Origin: Phoronis australis
Taxonomy: Eukaryota; Animalia; Phoronida
Assembly: GCA_002633005.1 (NCBI GenBank)
Contig: NMRA01000209.1
Coordinates: 124,001-188,000, forward strand
Reading direction: 5' to 3'
DNA: 64,000 nt
The position numbers and the translations under genes were made by a program. Positions 44,301 through 58,000 of this stretch are shown here, in pieces. How positions within the stretch are numbered: position 1 is the first letter of the stretch; every line of letters starts with the position of its first letter. The notes under the pieces were generated by a model, which did no database searches, was not told where the DNA came from, and saw only the letters and a program-made list of their open reading frames with translations.

Positions 44301-47300
44301 AGTATTACAGAGACAAAACAGAAGCCAATGTACACTTGGACTCACTAAACTTGAATATGGCTGAGTATTAACGAGATACAGCGGATCGTCATTGTCACGT
44401 GGTCTCCTGGCATGGAATTTTCTCCTGGCAAGAAATTCTATGTCCTAGCGTGATATATTTTGTGTCCTGGTGTGATAAATCTTCGGTCCTGACGTGATAA
44501 TTTGCTAGGTTCTGGCGCGACAAATTTTGGTTTTGAGTATATTTTTTGGTCCTGCAGAGAATTTTTGAATAGAAAATTTGTGTCCTGGAATTTTTCCGTT
44601 TTGGCTTTCCGTAGCTATTGGCTACTACAGGTAACTAAGGTGTTGCAAATAATAAGTAAGTCATACCCTATTAAGGAAAGGTTTTCTCCGACCTTATCTC
44701 AACCACCTCAAGGATTTTTCTGTTTCCAATATTTATTCGACTAGGTTGCAGTGATTGTTACATCATTCAGGGTAGCACGGCAGAATCTATTAAACAACGG
44801 TTTCCCACTGTTGTAAGAGTGAAATGTCACATTTTTCAGTTAGATGAAAGCTACATCTCATGTGTGTGTTCATTTTTTTGTCTCAAGACGTGGTTAATTG
44901 GATTACAATGTCTCGCTGAACACTCTGTTTCTGTCAAATGTACAAAAATGCCACTCCACCTTTCTGCAAAGTGACTTTTCTGAGTCAGACATACTCTTCC
45001 AGTTTTCAGGATTCAATATTTGCACATCTATCATTAAATGTCCGGTTTTGGTCTGTGATCAGTGTAGCTCGGTGAGCTAGAATTCTGCAGCTTTTCGATC
45101 CTTTGTTGAGGCACATACCCGACTGGCTAGTGAACATTGATTAGTTAGTACATGTCATCTTATTAATTTGTTTCAGGCGTTCACACAGTGGCGTACGCCT
45201 TCCCCAAAGTCAAGATTATAACAACAGCAGTAGATGAGAAGGTCAACGATAACTTCCACATCTTACCAGGAATAGGTGAGCCTCAAATTAGTTGCTACAA
45301 ACCCGCCCCCTTGTGTGAGAAAAGCTAGCCTCTGATATAGGCAGCTTACTGGTCTCAACTTAATCCTTGCTGCAGCTAGAAGTTACAGAACTGTACAGTG
45401 ATTTCTGGGCAGAACGGTCAGTCTCTTGTTGGCTCAGGCTGTACTCGGCTGACCCGTCCTTTCAAGCCAACTTCCAGTAAACAATAATACGTTGCCTTGT
45501 CATTGCAGAAAAATTCTTTAACTGTCTCTGACTTTCTGGAAAATTGCATTAATTTTTATTTTCGGTTATTACGAACAGCTATTGTGACAATCAACTCCTC
45601 TTGCGCCAAATCCCAAAAATTGCGTCTATTCTTGGGAACAAACTGAGGCCAATTTTAAAAGTGGCTTAAATCCAGTTGGCTATGTGTTTAAATTCTGTTG
45701 CGAATATTGCTGTTTGCAAGTATATTACCCAATATAAATTTCACTTTCTGTTTAGACCGTGACCAAATGTCTTTGGTCTTGCTCCACCTGGACTAAAAAC
45801 AAACTTTAAGGCCAGGTGTTGCGTGTTTTTCTTCAAACCTGTTAGAAGAAGTCTTTCCTTTAACTTGGCTTTGTTAACTTCAGGCTGTACAGTACAGGAC
45901 GGAACTAATCGGACAAAATACTATTTTCTTGTTATGATGGCTAATAGTTCAGTTTACAACAAAAGTGACTAGCAATAACTCATATGTGGGGAAAATTAAA
46001 ATTACAGAATCGTTTCGTCCCCTTGCTCACTTTTCTGTTAATTTCTTTCTATTCTTGGTCACGAGGCAAAACTGCTTTGACGATGAGTTTGGCATCTGCT
46101 CTGCTGTCATGACGTGAAATTGTGGTTCTTTTTCTCTATAAACTTCCGTGTGCACTGTATGTTTTAGCCTCATTTTCATGAGGTCCGGTAACAGATATGA
46201 AACGATACTTTTGTCACAAATATTAGCAATTTTACTGGTGTGGTATCCCAACTATCGGGACGGTGTCCAACTTACTATAATTATGGGGTTGTAGCGTGTG
46301 TACAGTAGTGACCCCTTTAGGTACAAGCTCTTGTTACATAAACAACAAAATTTGGTTCAGGCACTACACAGTGATTTTCAAAATAAACTGGTCAGCTGGG
46401 CTTGGAATTTTCCGCGGAAACGCGGATTTCCGCTTTTTTCAAATGTTCTGTCCGCGTATTTTATTATATTTCCGCGTAAAAAAAACGGATTTGATATAAA
46501 ATTTCCACGGCAAATTTCTTTCTTACTGCCGCGTTGCGGACGACTTTCACCTCGAAAAGCGGAAGTTGCTCTTTATGTTTCGGAGGAAAGTAAATTGTCA
46601 ATATTGCCAGGGCATAAGGGATAGCGTGGTGGATTTCCTCAATGGCGGCTCGTATGATTGTAAACCGCGGTGACAAATACTACGACTCTGCAGCCAAAAA
46701 TATTTGGAGGTGGGAGTGGCGGACGAGCTAAGACAGACGCAGACGCACGCTTCTGGANTAGTCTCGATTTTTGTCGGCAAAAGGTCCACACCAACTTTTT
46801 CAAGGCTGACTGCGCGCATGTTTCAGGCCGTAAAAATTTCCGCGTTGTTCGCCATTGGTCATTCCAAGCCCTGGGTCAGACTTTGACAGAACTCTGTCTG
46901 ACTATAATGAACTTCTTGCCAGAATTGACCTATCACCAGGATTTTGAGTGACGGCTCAACCAAACAATCAGAGCGCAGCATTCTTAACACGCCTTCATTT
47001 CCAAGCTGCTATTTTACCTGACAAACAACATGTTCCCGGGTAAAACTTATTTTTTTTTTGTCGACTTGTTGTAAGTGGTGTAGCTTGCGATAGGTCAATT
47101 ATTTGGCGGTTTAGTTTTACTTTTGTCACAATAAAATATTTTTTGTTGGAATTTAGTTGGAGTTTAATGTGACATTACTGCTCCTAGCCGCAAGCTGTGT
47201 ATGCGAATGACTTTGCACAGCCTGTTATTGGGATTTTGACAAAATACTTGTATGTGGAGCAACACCAGTTGAGATTTTGTCGTGATTTAGCCTGTGTGGA

Positions 47301-47450
47301 ATTGTGTTCTAGATGGAAAGAAATCTATATATAACTTGCCTGTGATATTCTAATAGTCCATGATACACTGTGGTGCAAACTGTCTTTTCAGGAAATTTTG
47401 GAGATAGATATTTTGGCACAGACGTTCCCGAAATCATGAGCGGCTTATGA
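30619..47450 (+). CDS. UCKL1: Uridine-cytidine kinase-like 1 (uridine kinase + UPRT-like domain), 5' exon uncertain
   Basis: Phase-consistent exons: 30619-30845 ([12 protein letters not shown]), 31343-31449 (P-loop [17 protein letters not shown]), 34462-34632 ([10 protein letters not shown]), 35643-35714, 36343-36594 ([16 protein letters not shown]), 36911-37029, 38398-38491 ([17 protein letters not shown]), 38960-39022, 40765-40887 (LRAGETME), 43002-43167 ([14 protein letters not shown]), 45177-45275, 47392-47450 ([13 protein letters not shown]). Confidence 0.96.
31608..32543. repeat. ~468-bp near-identical tandem duplication joined by a single N (likely assembly artifact)
   Basis: The two copies differ by only a few SNPs, and the junction is the N at 32076. 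Confidence 0.8.
38311..38344. repeat. (TG)n microsatellite
   Basis: Direct observation. Confidence 0.95.
39416..39867 (+). mobile_element. hAT-like non-autonomous element (TIR CAGGGCTTGGAAT), 6-bp TSD, copy 1
   Basis: CAAGGCTTGGAAT...ATTCCAAGCCCTG; flanks GGACAT/GGATAT; interior homologous to copies 2 and 3. Confidence 0.85.
40606..40703. mobile_element. ~100-bp hairpin MITE
   Basis: TAGTCG...TTGAGAACCAGTTT ... AAACTGGTTCTCAA...CGACTA inverted arms. Confidence 0.6.
42350..42846 (+). mobile_element. hAT-like non-autonomous element, 6-bp TSD (ACATTC), copy 2
   Basis: CAGAGCTTGG...TTCCAAGCCCTG; perfect ACATTC at 42344-42349 and 42847-42852. Confidence 0.85.
43952..44613. mobile_element. MITE with ~200-bp diverged inverted arms, TA flanks
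   Basis: CTGCAGGACCAAAAATATACTCAAAACCAAA vs TTTGGTTTTGAGTATATTTTTTGGTCCTGCAG; ends TATGGAAAGTCAAA / TTTGGCTTTCCGTA. Confidence 0.7.
46396..46873 (+). mobile_element. hAT-like non-autonomous element, 6-bp TSD (GGTCAG), copy 3
   Basis: CTGGGCTTGGAAT...ATTCCAAGCCCTG; perfect GGTCAG at 46390-46395 and 46874-46879. Confidence 0.85.
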
Positions 47451-47580
47451 GAAGAAAAGAAGTGAAGAGTTCTGCAGAACTCAACTGTTAAATGCAAATG
47501 AAACCATTCAAGAAGAAAATAATCTTCACTGATATGCAGACCATATAGGTGACTGTATAGTCTGATGACGTAGCGTCTAC

Positions 47581-47830
47581 CAGGACTTGGAATTTTCCTT
47601 AATAAGAGGATTTCCTCTTTTTGGTTTCAAACTTCCACTTATTTGATTTCCAGTTTCTTCTTTTTTGTCTCTTTTCCTCATTATTTTGACTTTATTCATG
47701 CAAAAACATTTACTTCAGTTAAATTTTAAAACACAAAAATTATTTCTATCACCCAAGCCTGTTTATTTGTGGAACGATACATCACCTGGAAAATTTTCCT
47801 GGTGTTTGTCATTGGTCATTCCAAGCCCCG
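47581..47830 (+). mobile_element. Older, shorter relative of the CAGGGCTTGGAAT family in the UCKL1 3' UTR
   Basis: CAGGACTTGGAATTTT ... GTCATTGGTCATTCCAAGCCCCG; TSD not recognisable. Confidence 0.6.
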
Positions 47831-49771
47831 TTCCATAGTGGGAGCGAAACTGCTGCTCGCAATTGAGACTGCCAGGACAATGTTATGGAATTGTTGTTCA
47901 GTAGCCGTCTATTTGGTAGGTGGACAGATTTATTTTTTACATTGTCAATGGAAGGATGGTATTTTTCCTTAATAAGCCATTTCCATGATTTTTTGCAACA
48001 ATCGGATTAATATAGTTTTATTGAGAAAACTTCCGGAGTTATTTCAGATTTACTTGCATGGACTTTGATTTGATGGAAGGTGCTGACTTCTTCATAGTCT
48101 GCAAACACGTTTTCTGCTATGGCTCTTAGATTCCTCACTGGAGTTTTAAAACTCTGACATTGTGGTCCATATTAAGCTTCAGGGGTATTTTTTATTGTAA
48201 ACAATTGATTTAAGTAGTGTGTAACTGGCTAATTTGTGTTCAGTCTGTTTTTCATTGATCTTGTTTGGTTTGCAGATTGTGGCGTACTGTCATCCAGGCC
48301 CCCTATTGATTTGAAATGTAGGTGTGTGTGTGTTGTCTGTTTTCATTGGCTGGTTTTACTCTGCTTTGGATGACCGGTAGCCCACAATCCATTGTAATGT
48401 GACGTATCCATTTATCTGTAAGAAGGTCTGTGGCGGACCTTGATACATCGTCACCACATTCCCACTCTTATACACAACTTGATTATAGAGGGAGCATACG
48501 AGGCTGCAAGAGACCAGTTCTCTGCATTCTGATTTAACTGGTCACTGCCTGTCACAGATTTGAATTTTGCTGTTACTAGTTTGGTTTACTTGCATCAAGT
48601 TTAAAACCTATGCAACAAGTTTGAGGTATTGGGAGTTTAGTCATTGTTTTGGAAATTAAGACATTTTAGACTTATGGAACCAGTTCAGTGCACTTATTCC
48701 AAGATTTACCTCACATACTTTCCTCAGCATGGAGTTTGAATTATTCCTGTTGTAGAAAACCCTGGAGACCATTATTGCAATGCGTCCAGTCGCCTGCAAA
48801 GGCAGCCTGAGAACCTGGACCCCTTAAGTGAGTGTTTTCTCTCTAAACTACTGTGCAGTTGTCATTTATTATTTATGCTTAGACTGGAGTGTAAATCAAC
48901 CTACCTCTCCATAGTCATGTTTATGTTAAAGACTGACTTTGCTAAATGTGAATCTAGGCTACATGTATGCCAAGCTTGCACTACACCTGGTGTTCATCAG
49001 TGAATGTATCTGACTTTCATCTTGTGCGCATATGAAGAAGAGTTTTTTAAATCTCAGTTTTTGCTCTGGACATTTCCTAGATATTGTTTTTCTACAGTCC
49101 TGCCTATTATCCTTTATTTTGATATACACATGTAACTATTCTAGTATTTCGTGTGGTGTTATATACAGTGTAAATGGAATTAAATCTGGTCTGCTGGACA
49201 ATACTCACAAAATTAAACTCCTAGATCCTGGGAGGCATGACAACTCCTTCAAAGGGAAGATGGCACTGTAGATTGGAAGGAACCATCGTCCTAAAGTTTA
49301 AAGGCTTATTACAGACAATTTCGAGATTAAAGTAACTTGGTAACCTGACATTTAATCCTGCCATTATTTTGTTTGTAATGCAGAACCAATGTCGTTTTTA
49401 TTTTAAATAATCCTTGATCATTGTATGGCAAAGGTTATGGGCTGATATATATTTTTGTGTTAATACTTAGTTTCTCCATTTTTTTACTGTTACAGTGCTC
49501 CACTGCCCTAATGATGTGTTAATTTCTTATGACAATTGTTCAGTTTAATTTGTGGTACAGATACATGTAAAAAGGCTTCAAAGCATTTAATTTTACTGCA
49601 TCCTTGTGTCACATCAATCCTGTTATTTATTATATTTTTCTTGCTTCTGAAATATCCTATAGGTATATTTAATGGTCAGTGTAAATACAAAATTTAGATT
49701 TTGTTGCCATTGACTGCCTGCAGTAATGAAAAATAACTTCATTTGTAAATTTGCGCAGGACAATAAAATCA

Positions 49772-49777
49772 AAATTT
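49772..49777 (+). terminator. Candidate UCKL1 polyadenylation signal
   Basis: AATAAA at the end of a ~2.3-kb T-rich 3'-UTR-like tract. Confidence 0.4.
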
Positions 49778-50424
49778 AGGCTTTACTGGTACATCTATTA
49801 TATAAAATGCATCGTTTGCACAAACTCCGTCTCCCCCGCTCCACTACAGACCTTCGTTGCGCCCGTTTCGGCACCGCCTTGGTCCCAGGTATTGCACCAG
49901 CCCCTTATTTGGAATCGTGATGTTCTATTTTTTTCTCTGGGGCCGTTTTTTCGTGGACGCGGAGGGGGCAAGAATCCCGCAGTCGCACACCTTGCCTACT
50001 AAAATCTGACAGTGACAGAAATTTTGCTTGGGTCTCTTTAAGAAGTATTCCTGTCTCTTGCAATGAATACTCGGTTCACTCTTAGATGTAGCTATTTCCC
50101 CTCGGCGTTTCCCACTAGCTGTTACCCGTGCCAAAGCACGGGTTACAGCTAGCGCCATGGTACACATAATACGCCATCTGGTGTTTAGAAAATAATGTGT
50201 TTAAGGGGTGTTCATTTTGGACAGGAGATCATTTGTATTTCCTGCCGCAGGATAATGCTGTGTCCACCTCCTCAGTTCTATACATGTAGGTGAGCTTTGC
50301 GAACAGCATGCCGAGGGCCTTTTTGGTCGTGTTCCCAGAGACGCCCCTACCCCCCCCCCATCCTGTGAGTATTATGCCAGTTTGACTACCAAAGATAGTA
50401 AAAGATTGAAGCTCAACCCAACAC

Positions 50425-50430
50425 TTTATT
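50425..50430 (-). terminator. Candidate xylose isomerase polyadenylation signal
   Basis: AATAAA on the minus strand ~490 nt after the TAG stop. Confidence 0.4.
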
Positions 50431-50917
50431 TGGTGACTGATTCACTGGTCGACTGATCAATAATTATCTGAATTAGTCTTGGTAAATTCTACTATTCGTG
50501 TTCAACCTCAAAGTGTTAATCTCGGCGTTACATTAGTGGTCATATTCTGAAGTCGCTCACCAGCTCTGGCTCACAAAATAATCATTTTTGCAGTAATCAG
50601 GGCTGGTCTTCATTAAACGTCGACCCCTTCATAGTTTGAATTACTGCTGCCGAAAATAACACTTGTGCAACAGTTATCCCAGTGATGTGCGTTCGCGCGA
50701 TGTGAATATTTTTCTTGTGGGGAAAACCTGCTAAAATTATTTAATTTCTAAATGCATTCCTCACATCGGACAGAAGGAAGTCACGAACTTCTGACATTAC
50801 AAGAACTATGATAGGATTTTTTAATTGTATTCTGTTGTCGTGTGGCACTTCGGCACGGGACACCAAAAGAACAGACACGTAAAAATGACCGCGTGATCTG
50901 GCGCGACTGGATTCTAA

Positions 50918-52050
50918 CTAGACGTAGTAGTTCAACACCGCTTCGTAATGTTCCTGTTGGCCAGACAGAAGGCTGGGTTCCCCGTTCTTGGTCACATACT
51001 CCTACAAAGAAGAGGTGGCTACTTGATAAATTCAGAATGTCTGACGCTGTTTTATCTACATTCCTGATAATAGCAATACGCGGCTTATTGTAGGTTAGGA
51101 TTAGGCTGTAAACAAAGACTACGACATCCTTTTAAAGGATACCTGTCATGATTTTATTTTCAAACTGTATTTCCGCCTGTTTGCCTGGCTTGGACAAAAA
51201 TCGAATCGAGCCTTTTACTCTCATAAAATGGGTCTCGTAATATTCCTCACCTTGATAGGATTCTTTTTCTGTTACCAAGAACACAAACACCGAAACCAAC
51301 CCTAAATACGGCCCGATATGCATTGCCTGTGACTGAGACTAGTTGCGGGCTTATTTGCTCATAATTCAATATCAGACGAGAGTGGTATTTTTTAAATCCC
51401 AAAGCAATTCGGATAAGAATTCGACATTCACAGCTTGCTAAACGGAGGCGAAATGCTGTCTTGATATTACACTATACTTTTAAAGGCGTTTGAACAACTT
51501 GAAAAGATATCTGAGGCAAAGTAAGGAAAATCAAGAAGACGGGATACCCGTAGACGACCGATGGAACTGCTAGCTTGGTTGTTCGATGTTTTTAATCTCC
51601 TTTGAGGTGTAGATAAATTATTGTGTCAAAAGTTGTGAGAGATCGAACCCGTTTCTCGCTTGTGAAGCGCAAACTTTTACCACAATAGAGAAGACAACGC
51701 AGTTTCATAAAATATGGAAAACACATTCGAACGCTCATTTAGCCTACTGCATATACAGTGTACAATGTTATGCGGACTGGTGGGTTCTCGTAGGATGGCA
51801 TTTTACCTCCAGTTCTTCAAGGGTTGCTTTACCGTCAGCGATTCGCTTGCCGATTCCCTTGGAAAAGCTGCCGTATCTTTCCTGAAACAAAACCATTATT
51901 CATCTTACGGGGCAGATTTCAAATGGAGCATATTACTTGTGGCAGTTTATTTTTGAGTTGTAAATGCCCCCCACAACATGTGTGCATGTACGTATGAATG
52001 TGGGTATATGTTATCTCTGCATTTACAGGTGTGTGTACATAGTATTATGT

Positions 52051-52082
<32 letters not shown>

Positions 52083-55000
52083 CATAAATTTTTGACGACA
52101 TGTATATAGTCTAACTACAATGGATATCTGTGACTTGGTGGTCAGTTATTTTGAGTGAAGTAGACATCAATAGACTTACAGAATAAATTCAGTTTTTTGC
52201 AAGCAAATTAGGAAGCAACATGCCTCCCTACTATTGAAAAAAATATAAAAAATTAAAGAGAATAGCGCTGTGCGTGGTCTTATTTAAGACAACATATGTA
52301 CACTGTTATCGTGTGAATTCATTTGAGGACAAGTTGATTTAGAAACAGCACAACGGTCCACGATTTTCATAACTTGTGTGTGCAACTTTGACACTGATGA
52401 TCATAGATGGCGCTGAAAGAGTGAATCAAATTTCCGGCACAGGGTCGAACATGTACGAACAGCAAACTTGACAGGCCGTATTGTAGTTTGTTTTAGTTGT
52501 AAGACGTCTGAGTAACATTCAGAGATCCACGTTTCAACAATAGAAAATTATTCTGCTGCTGACTCTAGAGAACCTTCTGTTTGGCTAACCCATGTTTAAA
52601 ACTTCTTGGTGCTCAGGATGAATATTTAGACATATATTTTCATGTCCACTGGAGTAAAACACTTATGGATTATCAAAGTACTTTATATCTCACCTTAACC
52701 ATTTTTTGCATTACGCCTTCTTCCAAGATTTTTGCTGCGTTGCGCAAGCCTCTCGCAAACGCGTCCATTGCACCTAGGAAATCGAGTGATTTGTTTCATA
52801 GAATAAAAAATGAAATTTTGTCAGTGGTTTAAGTGATAAACTTTTAAAGGCAGGAACGAGTATTCTCATAGGTAACTCACTCTTTTCATATTACAGTAAA
52901 CTTTCTGTACAAACTGTAAAAAAAATATTTTTTCACATCGATGTTCGAAAATTTAGTCGTCTTGAACGCTTTGTAACTGTGGAACAATTGACAATGATGA
53001 AAATAATTCAATAAGAAACAAAGTACCGATATGAGCAATGAACATGTCGTTAACGTCAGTTGACTCTCGTCGCACTTTGGCGTCAAAGTTCAAACCACCT
53101 GGCTGAAGGCCGCCATTTTGGAGGACCGTCTGAAGAAACAAAATTTCGTATTATAAATTGACGCCAGGGGAAACTTTGCCTTTAGTGCAATAACAAGCAC
53201 GTGAAAGATTCAAACAATCACCAGAAATTAAACGTAAGATGCCTGTTAATTAACACTATGCAAATTGCTGAATTCACAAGATGGGACTAGACTAACAAGT
53301 GACTCTACAGGCTAAAAGATATTTGTTCGCGATGCCGCAGTCAAACAAGGATGCTTTCTTTTTTGTTTTCTTGCAAGACGGATTTCGCAAGACCTCGCAA
53401 AATCTGGCGAGAGTTTTGCTGGTAAGCTTGGGAGTTTACTATCCTCATACGTGTAGTAGTCGTAGCATGTGGCAGTCAAGTGATTGGTTGGTTATCCTGC
53501 AGTGTTGAATTATGGGACAGAATCCGCACATCGTGAGATATGATTCAATGTTTGCATTCCATAAGCGAAGATTTCTTCGCCAGAAGTGTAAGCTAATGTC
53601 TTAGGTGTAAGGAGCACAGCTCTGCGCTTTGCATTACCTTCATTATCATGGTTGTATTTTTCACGTCCATGGGAAATTGGTCTGTATCCCAGCCGAGGTC
53701 TGGGGACCCTGTGTTAGAGTCGATGGATCCCAGCATACCGAACCTGCGGTGATATGTAAAAGGCACAACTTACACTTGCAATGAACTGAGTACGACTTGG
53801 TGAAAGTTTTGAAACCTACTGAGGCAATAGCAACAACGCTTTAGCATCTACACGCATGGCATCTACATGCATGCGTCTCATGCTTGGTACTCATATGTAC
53901 ACAGTATATGGTTGCATGGCTCAACTACTGGACCACCAGGTTGCCACTTGTTACCCTCAGCAATGTTGTCATAGGAACATGAACAGCTTTAAGAATCTCA
54001 GTCTTATTTGAGACCCACTATAGCACAGGTCTCTTGTACAAAGATTTTAATACCTTTATTGTCAAAGACATTGGTATTAAAGAAATATGCAAGGGATAAC
54101 CTAGACATGTAACATGACTTGACTAATGCAGGGTATAAATACACAAGCACAGTTTATGACTGAACATTCACACGCCATTCACACTGAAATCGTACACAAG
54201 TCCTTCTACAGGGATATACCTTTTTATAAATTGTTCGTTATTCAAGTTCTTACGGCAAATAACCATTTCAGTTATTTAACTCGAGGTTGTACACATGGTG
54301 TTTCCCTAAGCAAATACTTACGTGTACATTAATTACATGTACAGTACATGTCTGGCTCTCCGCTACTTTCCCCGAAGATAACATCTACCAAACTTAGACT
54401 AAGAGCAGACCCTGTTTTTTGCAATGGTTGTTCACTAATCTCCAAAAATTCTGGAAACAACACTCCACAAAAACAAGAATTATCCTAGACTTAGTTTGAA
54501 AATCGATATGAAGAAGAAGAGCAATACGTACGCAGAAGCCATGACCACGTCATGTTCATAACAGTGACCAGCTAAAGTGGTGTGGTTTGGTTCGACATTT
54601 ATCTGAAAAGAACCAAACAGACAAATTCCAAAGGTCCTCAAACGAGTCACAGATCAGTTATACACCTGTTATGGTTCACTGTTACGTAAGTGTTAACCAT
54701 AGATCACATGCCAAAACAACCCATCGCCTCGGCTCTGATATGTTACTATTCTAGAAGCGCAACTGTAGGGGGCACGGCACTTCGCCATTCGCCACTCTCG
54801 CGCATATAAAGTTTCAGTGCTGCACACTGAGTTACAAATACGACAAGTTGATCTGTGCGCGACAGAAATTTTCTCGTCCCATTCAGCTCTCAAGTTTCAA
54901 CCACAGAACCTTTAGAAAATATCACGGAAAACATTTCTCTACCTCCTCGAACGAAAGCGGAGACTGAGTTGAATTTGCGACGTGTCTATATATTTAAGCA

Positions 55001-58000
55001 TACTCAATGTTTTGAAAAACGTGTGTAAGACTTTAAAACTTGAACTATTTTATATTACACAGTGATACAGACACTTTCAGGTAAACAGCTCCAGTGATCC
55101 TTAAATTATAATAATTAAATAACGTAAAACCTTGAAATGATCGGCCAAGCCGTAGTGTTTCAGGAACCCGACTACCGTCATAGCATCTAAAATGAAATCA
55201 AAACAGAAAGTCGTTACTTGATTTATATATCGCGAAACTACAGTGTATGGGGAAAATAGCTTAAAATGGCAACAAGGATCAGCGCCACTGTGCTGTCAAC
55301 GTGCTGTCTGAACCTAAGCCATTCGCATGACAGAAAGAGACATTTCCTAACATTTCACTAAACACTTGTCTTGGTAAATTAAACAAGAATCTTGAAATAT
55401 TATTAGAAAAGAACGTATTTTACTATAAGCCGGGGTTCTGTAACTCGGTAATTTAATTACAGTTTTGGAACTAATAGTTTTAAAGATGTACAGTACTTTA
55501 AAGAAAGCTTCACCCGCAGTCTGAAAAACAATCTTACTGTATGTGAACACTTGCCAGACGTCTGATCCGACCTATCATCAAACTTGGGTAAACTTCAGTA
55601 GCTGTATTGCGGCTAGAAAATCTAACCAAAATCATGTGTTCTCGTTCAAAAAACCTCGCGTAATCTCGCTTAGTCTTGCTTTTGTAGCGAAGTCCTATTG
55701 TTATTGAACTGTACTCTGACTGCAGACATGCCTAAACTGACGTCACCAGCAGTGTGGTGCAACATGTACATGTACATCCGCAGTGATTGCCCAGGGTTTC
55801 AGAATTTCACGCGACTGGTGTAAGGCATTGGGAACGCTCCGCGGCTCATCGGTCTCCTGATCAAGCGAAGGTCTACTATCTGCATTTCTTAAAAATACAC
55901 ATTTGGACGCGGTAGTATCTGGAACTCAAATCAAGGGATATCCGTGGATGTTCGCCTTTAAAGTAAATTGACCATGCCAACACTTTGGATTACAACGACG
56001 GGGTAAACCGGAGCCGAATATTGTTTGTGTAAAGTTACTATACCGTAGTCATACTGATGCTTGGCGGGTTCCTTCGGTTTTGGCTCGATCAGAAGCTGTC
56101 CTGTGAAACCAATCTTTTCTTTGTAAGCTGAAACCAAATTGTATTTTAAGCTGAGTTGCGGTGTTAATATTTTCAAAAACCAAAACTGTGGCTTTTGAAG
56201 TATCGTTGAATGGAATAATTAATAGAGGCGTTGCTGGTATCATTTTTATCGTCTGTGAGCTGAAAAACGACCTATTGTTATTACCTTCGCTGTACTAAAT
56301 AATAAATTTTGAAGTTTGTCTTCGTTGATCAGTAGTGAGTTGGACACATAGGATCTTGCCAGAAGAACAGTGTTGTTCATCTGGTATCAAATCTTCACCA
56401 ACCACGAATGTTACGGGCGTAAGGCCCTTCCTCAGAGTCAGTGGAGTGAGGGAAAATATAGGCGACTCCCAACGAGGAAGCAGCCAGATTGCATGGTATA
56501 ACAACAGATAAAAAAAGATATGAACAGATCAGCGACAAGAATGTGAAAACTTTTTTCAATCTGACTGCAGCCTCTTTGTGAGTTTCACCCACCCGATACT
56601 GTGGAAGGGCCAGGGCCCGTGACGTTTGACTGAGGTCATTAGATACAAGTACCGATTTTAAGCCTCCTTTAACTTGGATTTTTTCACATGTATTATTTTT
56701 TTCGACTACATTTATCTTCTCCGTATTTCACAAATCAGAAATAAATATAAAATAATTTCTTCATATGGGTTCTCATAGTGGACCTACGATTTTAACAATG
56801 TTCATCGACACTTAAATTACTGTATGACCCACCTGTATAACTAATGTATATCTGCTCATGAAAAGAAAATACAAAATCCCACGTGCGCTCCCCCAGATCT
56901 ACCTATAACATCTAAAACTGCATTCTTGACCTGTTCTTGGAGCCTTAGTTGAAACCCCGTTTTCACTGACTTCGCCAAAAAGTGACGGCTATAAAAGACA
57001 TTGCTGAAAGACTAACGAGTGGAATTACTTACCCACGACCATTCGGAAGAGACTCGCCAAATTGTCTAGTTCTTGTTTGACATTGGAATTCAACAGCGTA
57101 TGGTATCCCTCACGTCCGCCCCAGAAAACTGCAGGGAAGAGCGATCGGTGACAGGATTGTCTTATCTAAACTGCACGTGAATCTGTGTCATCCTTGTGCA
57201 ATTTATACCCTGGTTGATTTAGTATGCCCTTTCTGCAACTAAGAACTAGTTCATCTTTTCGCCCCACTTCATCGGAATGGTAATGTATTATCCAGTGGTA
57301 AAACAATACGGATGTATTCCATTAAACCTACTCTGCGTGGCACACAATTGTTCAATCTGTACTTCCTGAGGTACAAGCCGTGCATGTATGAGCGTGTAAA
57401 TTGTACTTGCTGATTTCAGATATGTACGTGTACATATACATGAATTTTTAAAATATCGGTTTTGTTATCACGAAAAAAAGGAGAAGAAAATCCAAGCATA
57501 GACGAAGAAAGGCACAGAACATAGATAAACATTATTTTGTAAATTGTTGTTGGAGTTACATCAGTCTGTCATTGGCATTGATTGGAGAAAGATGTTCTTT
57601 TATCAAATACTTAATCACGACGACTTGAATAGCTATTTCGTTGTGCATATAATGTTTGGTCAACCAACATGTGTATAGATTAATGCAATTACTAATTAAA
57701 ATTTGCTTTGTACCAATTCCCGCGATGGTAGGTCGCAGTCACCATTGCAAAATGCTAACTACTGTTGATCACCTACCGTAGTTCTCAGCTCCGAGTTTCT
57801 TGGCTATCTCTAAGCCTTTTTTGATCTGTGCCCCGGCATACGCGACGACATGCGCATCTGGATTAGTACCCGCGCCATTCATGTACCTAAAGAAACAGTA
57901 GGCACTATCTTGGGCAGTCTGGTGATGAGATAGCCCATGTTTATAGAACAACAAAATTTTGAGCCAGTTCTTCATCGTTAGATTGAACTGCGAAGGAACA

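Noticed and set aside
49811-49900. U2/U1 snRNA-like GGTATTGCAC loop
   Set aside because: Lacks the conserved U2 5' end/branch-pairing sequence and a properly placed Sm site.
51132-51323. ORF with GKQ/EYYE motifs as possible last xylA exon
   Set aside because: The true terminal exon is 51001-50918 ([27 protein letters not shown]), which has a proper acceptor and phase.
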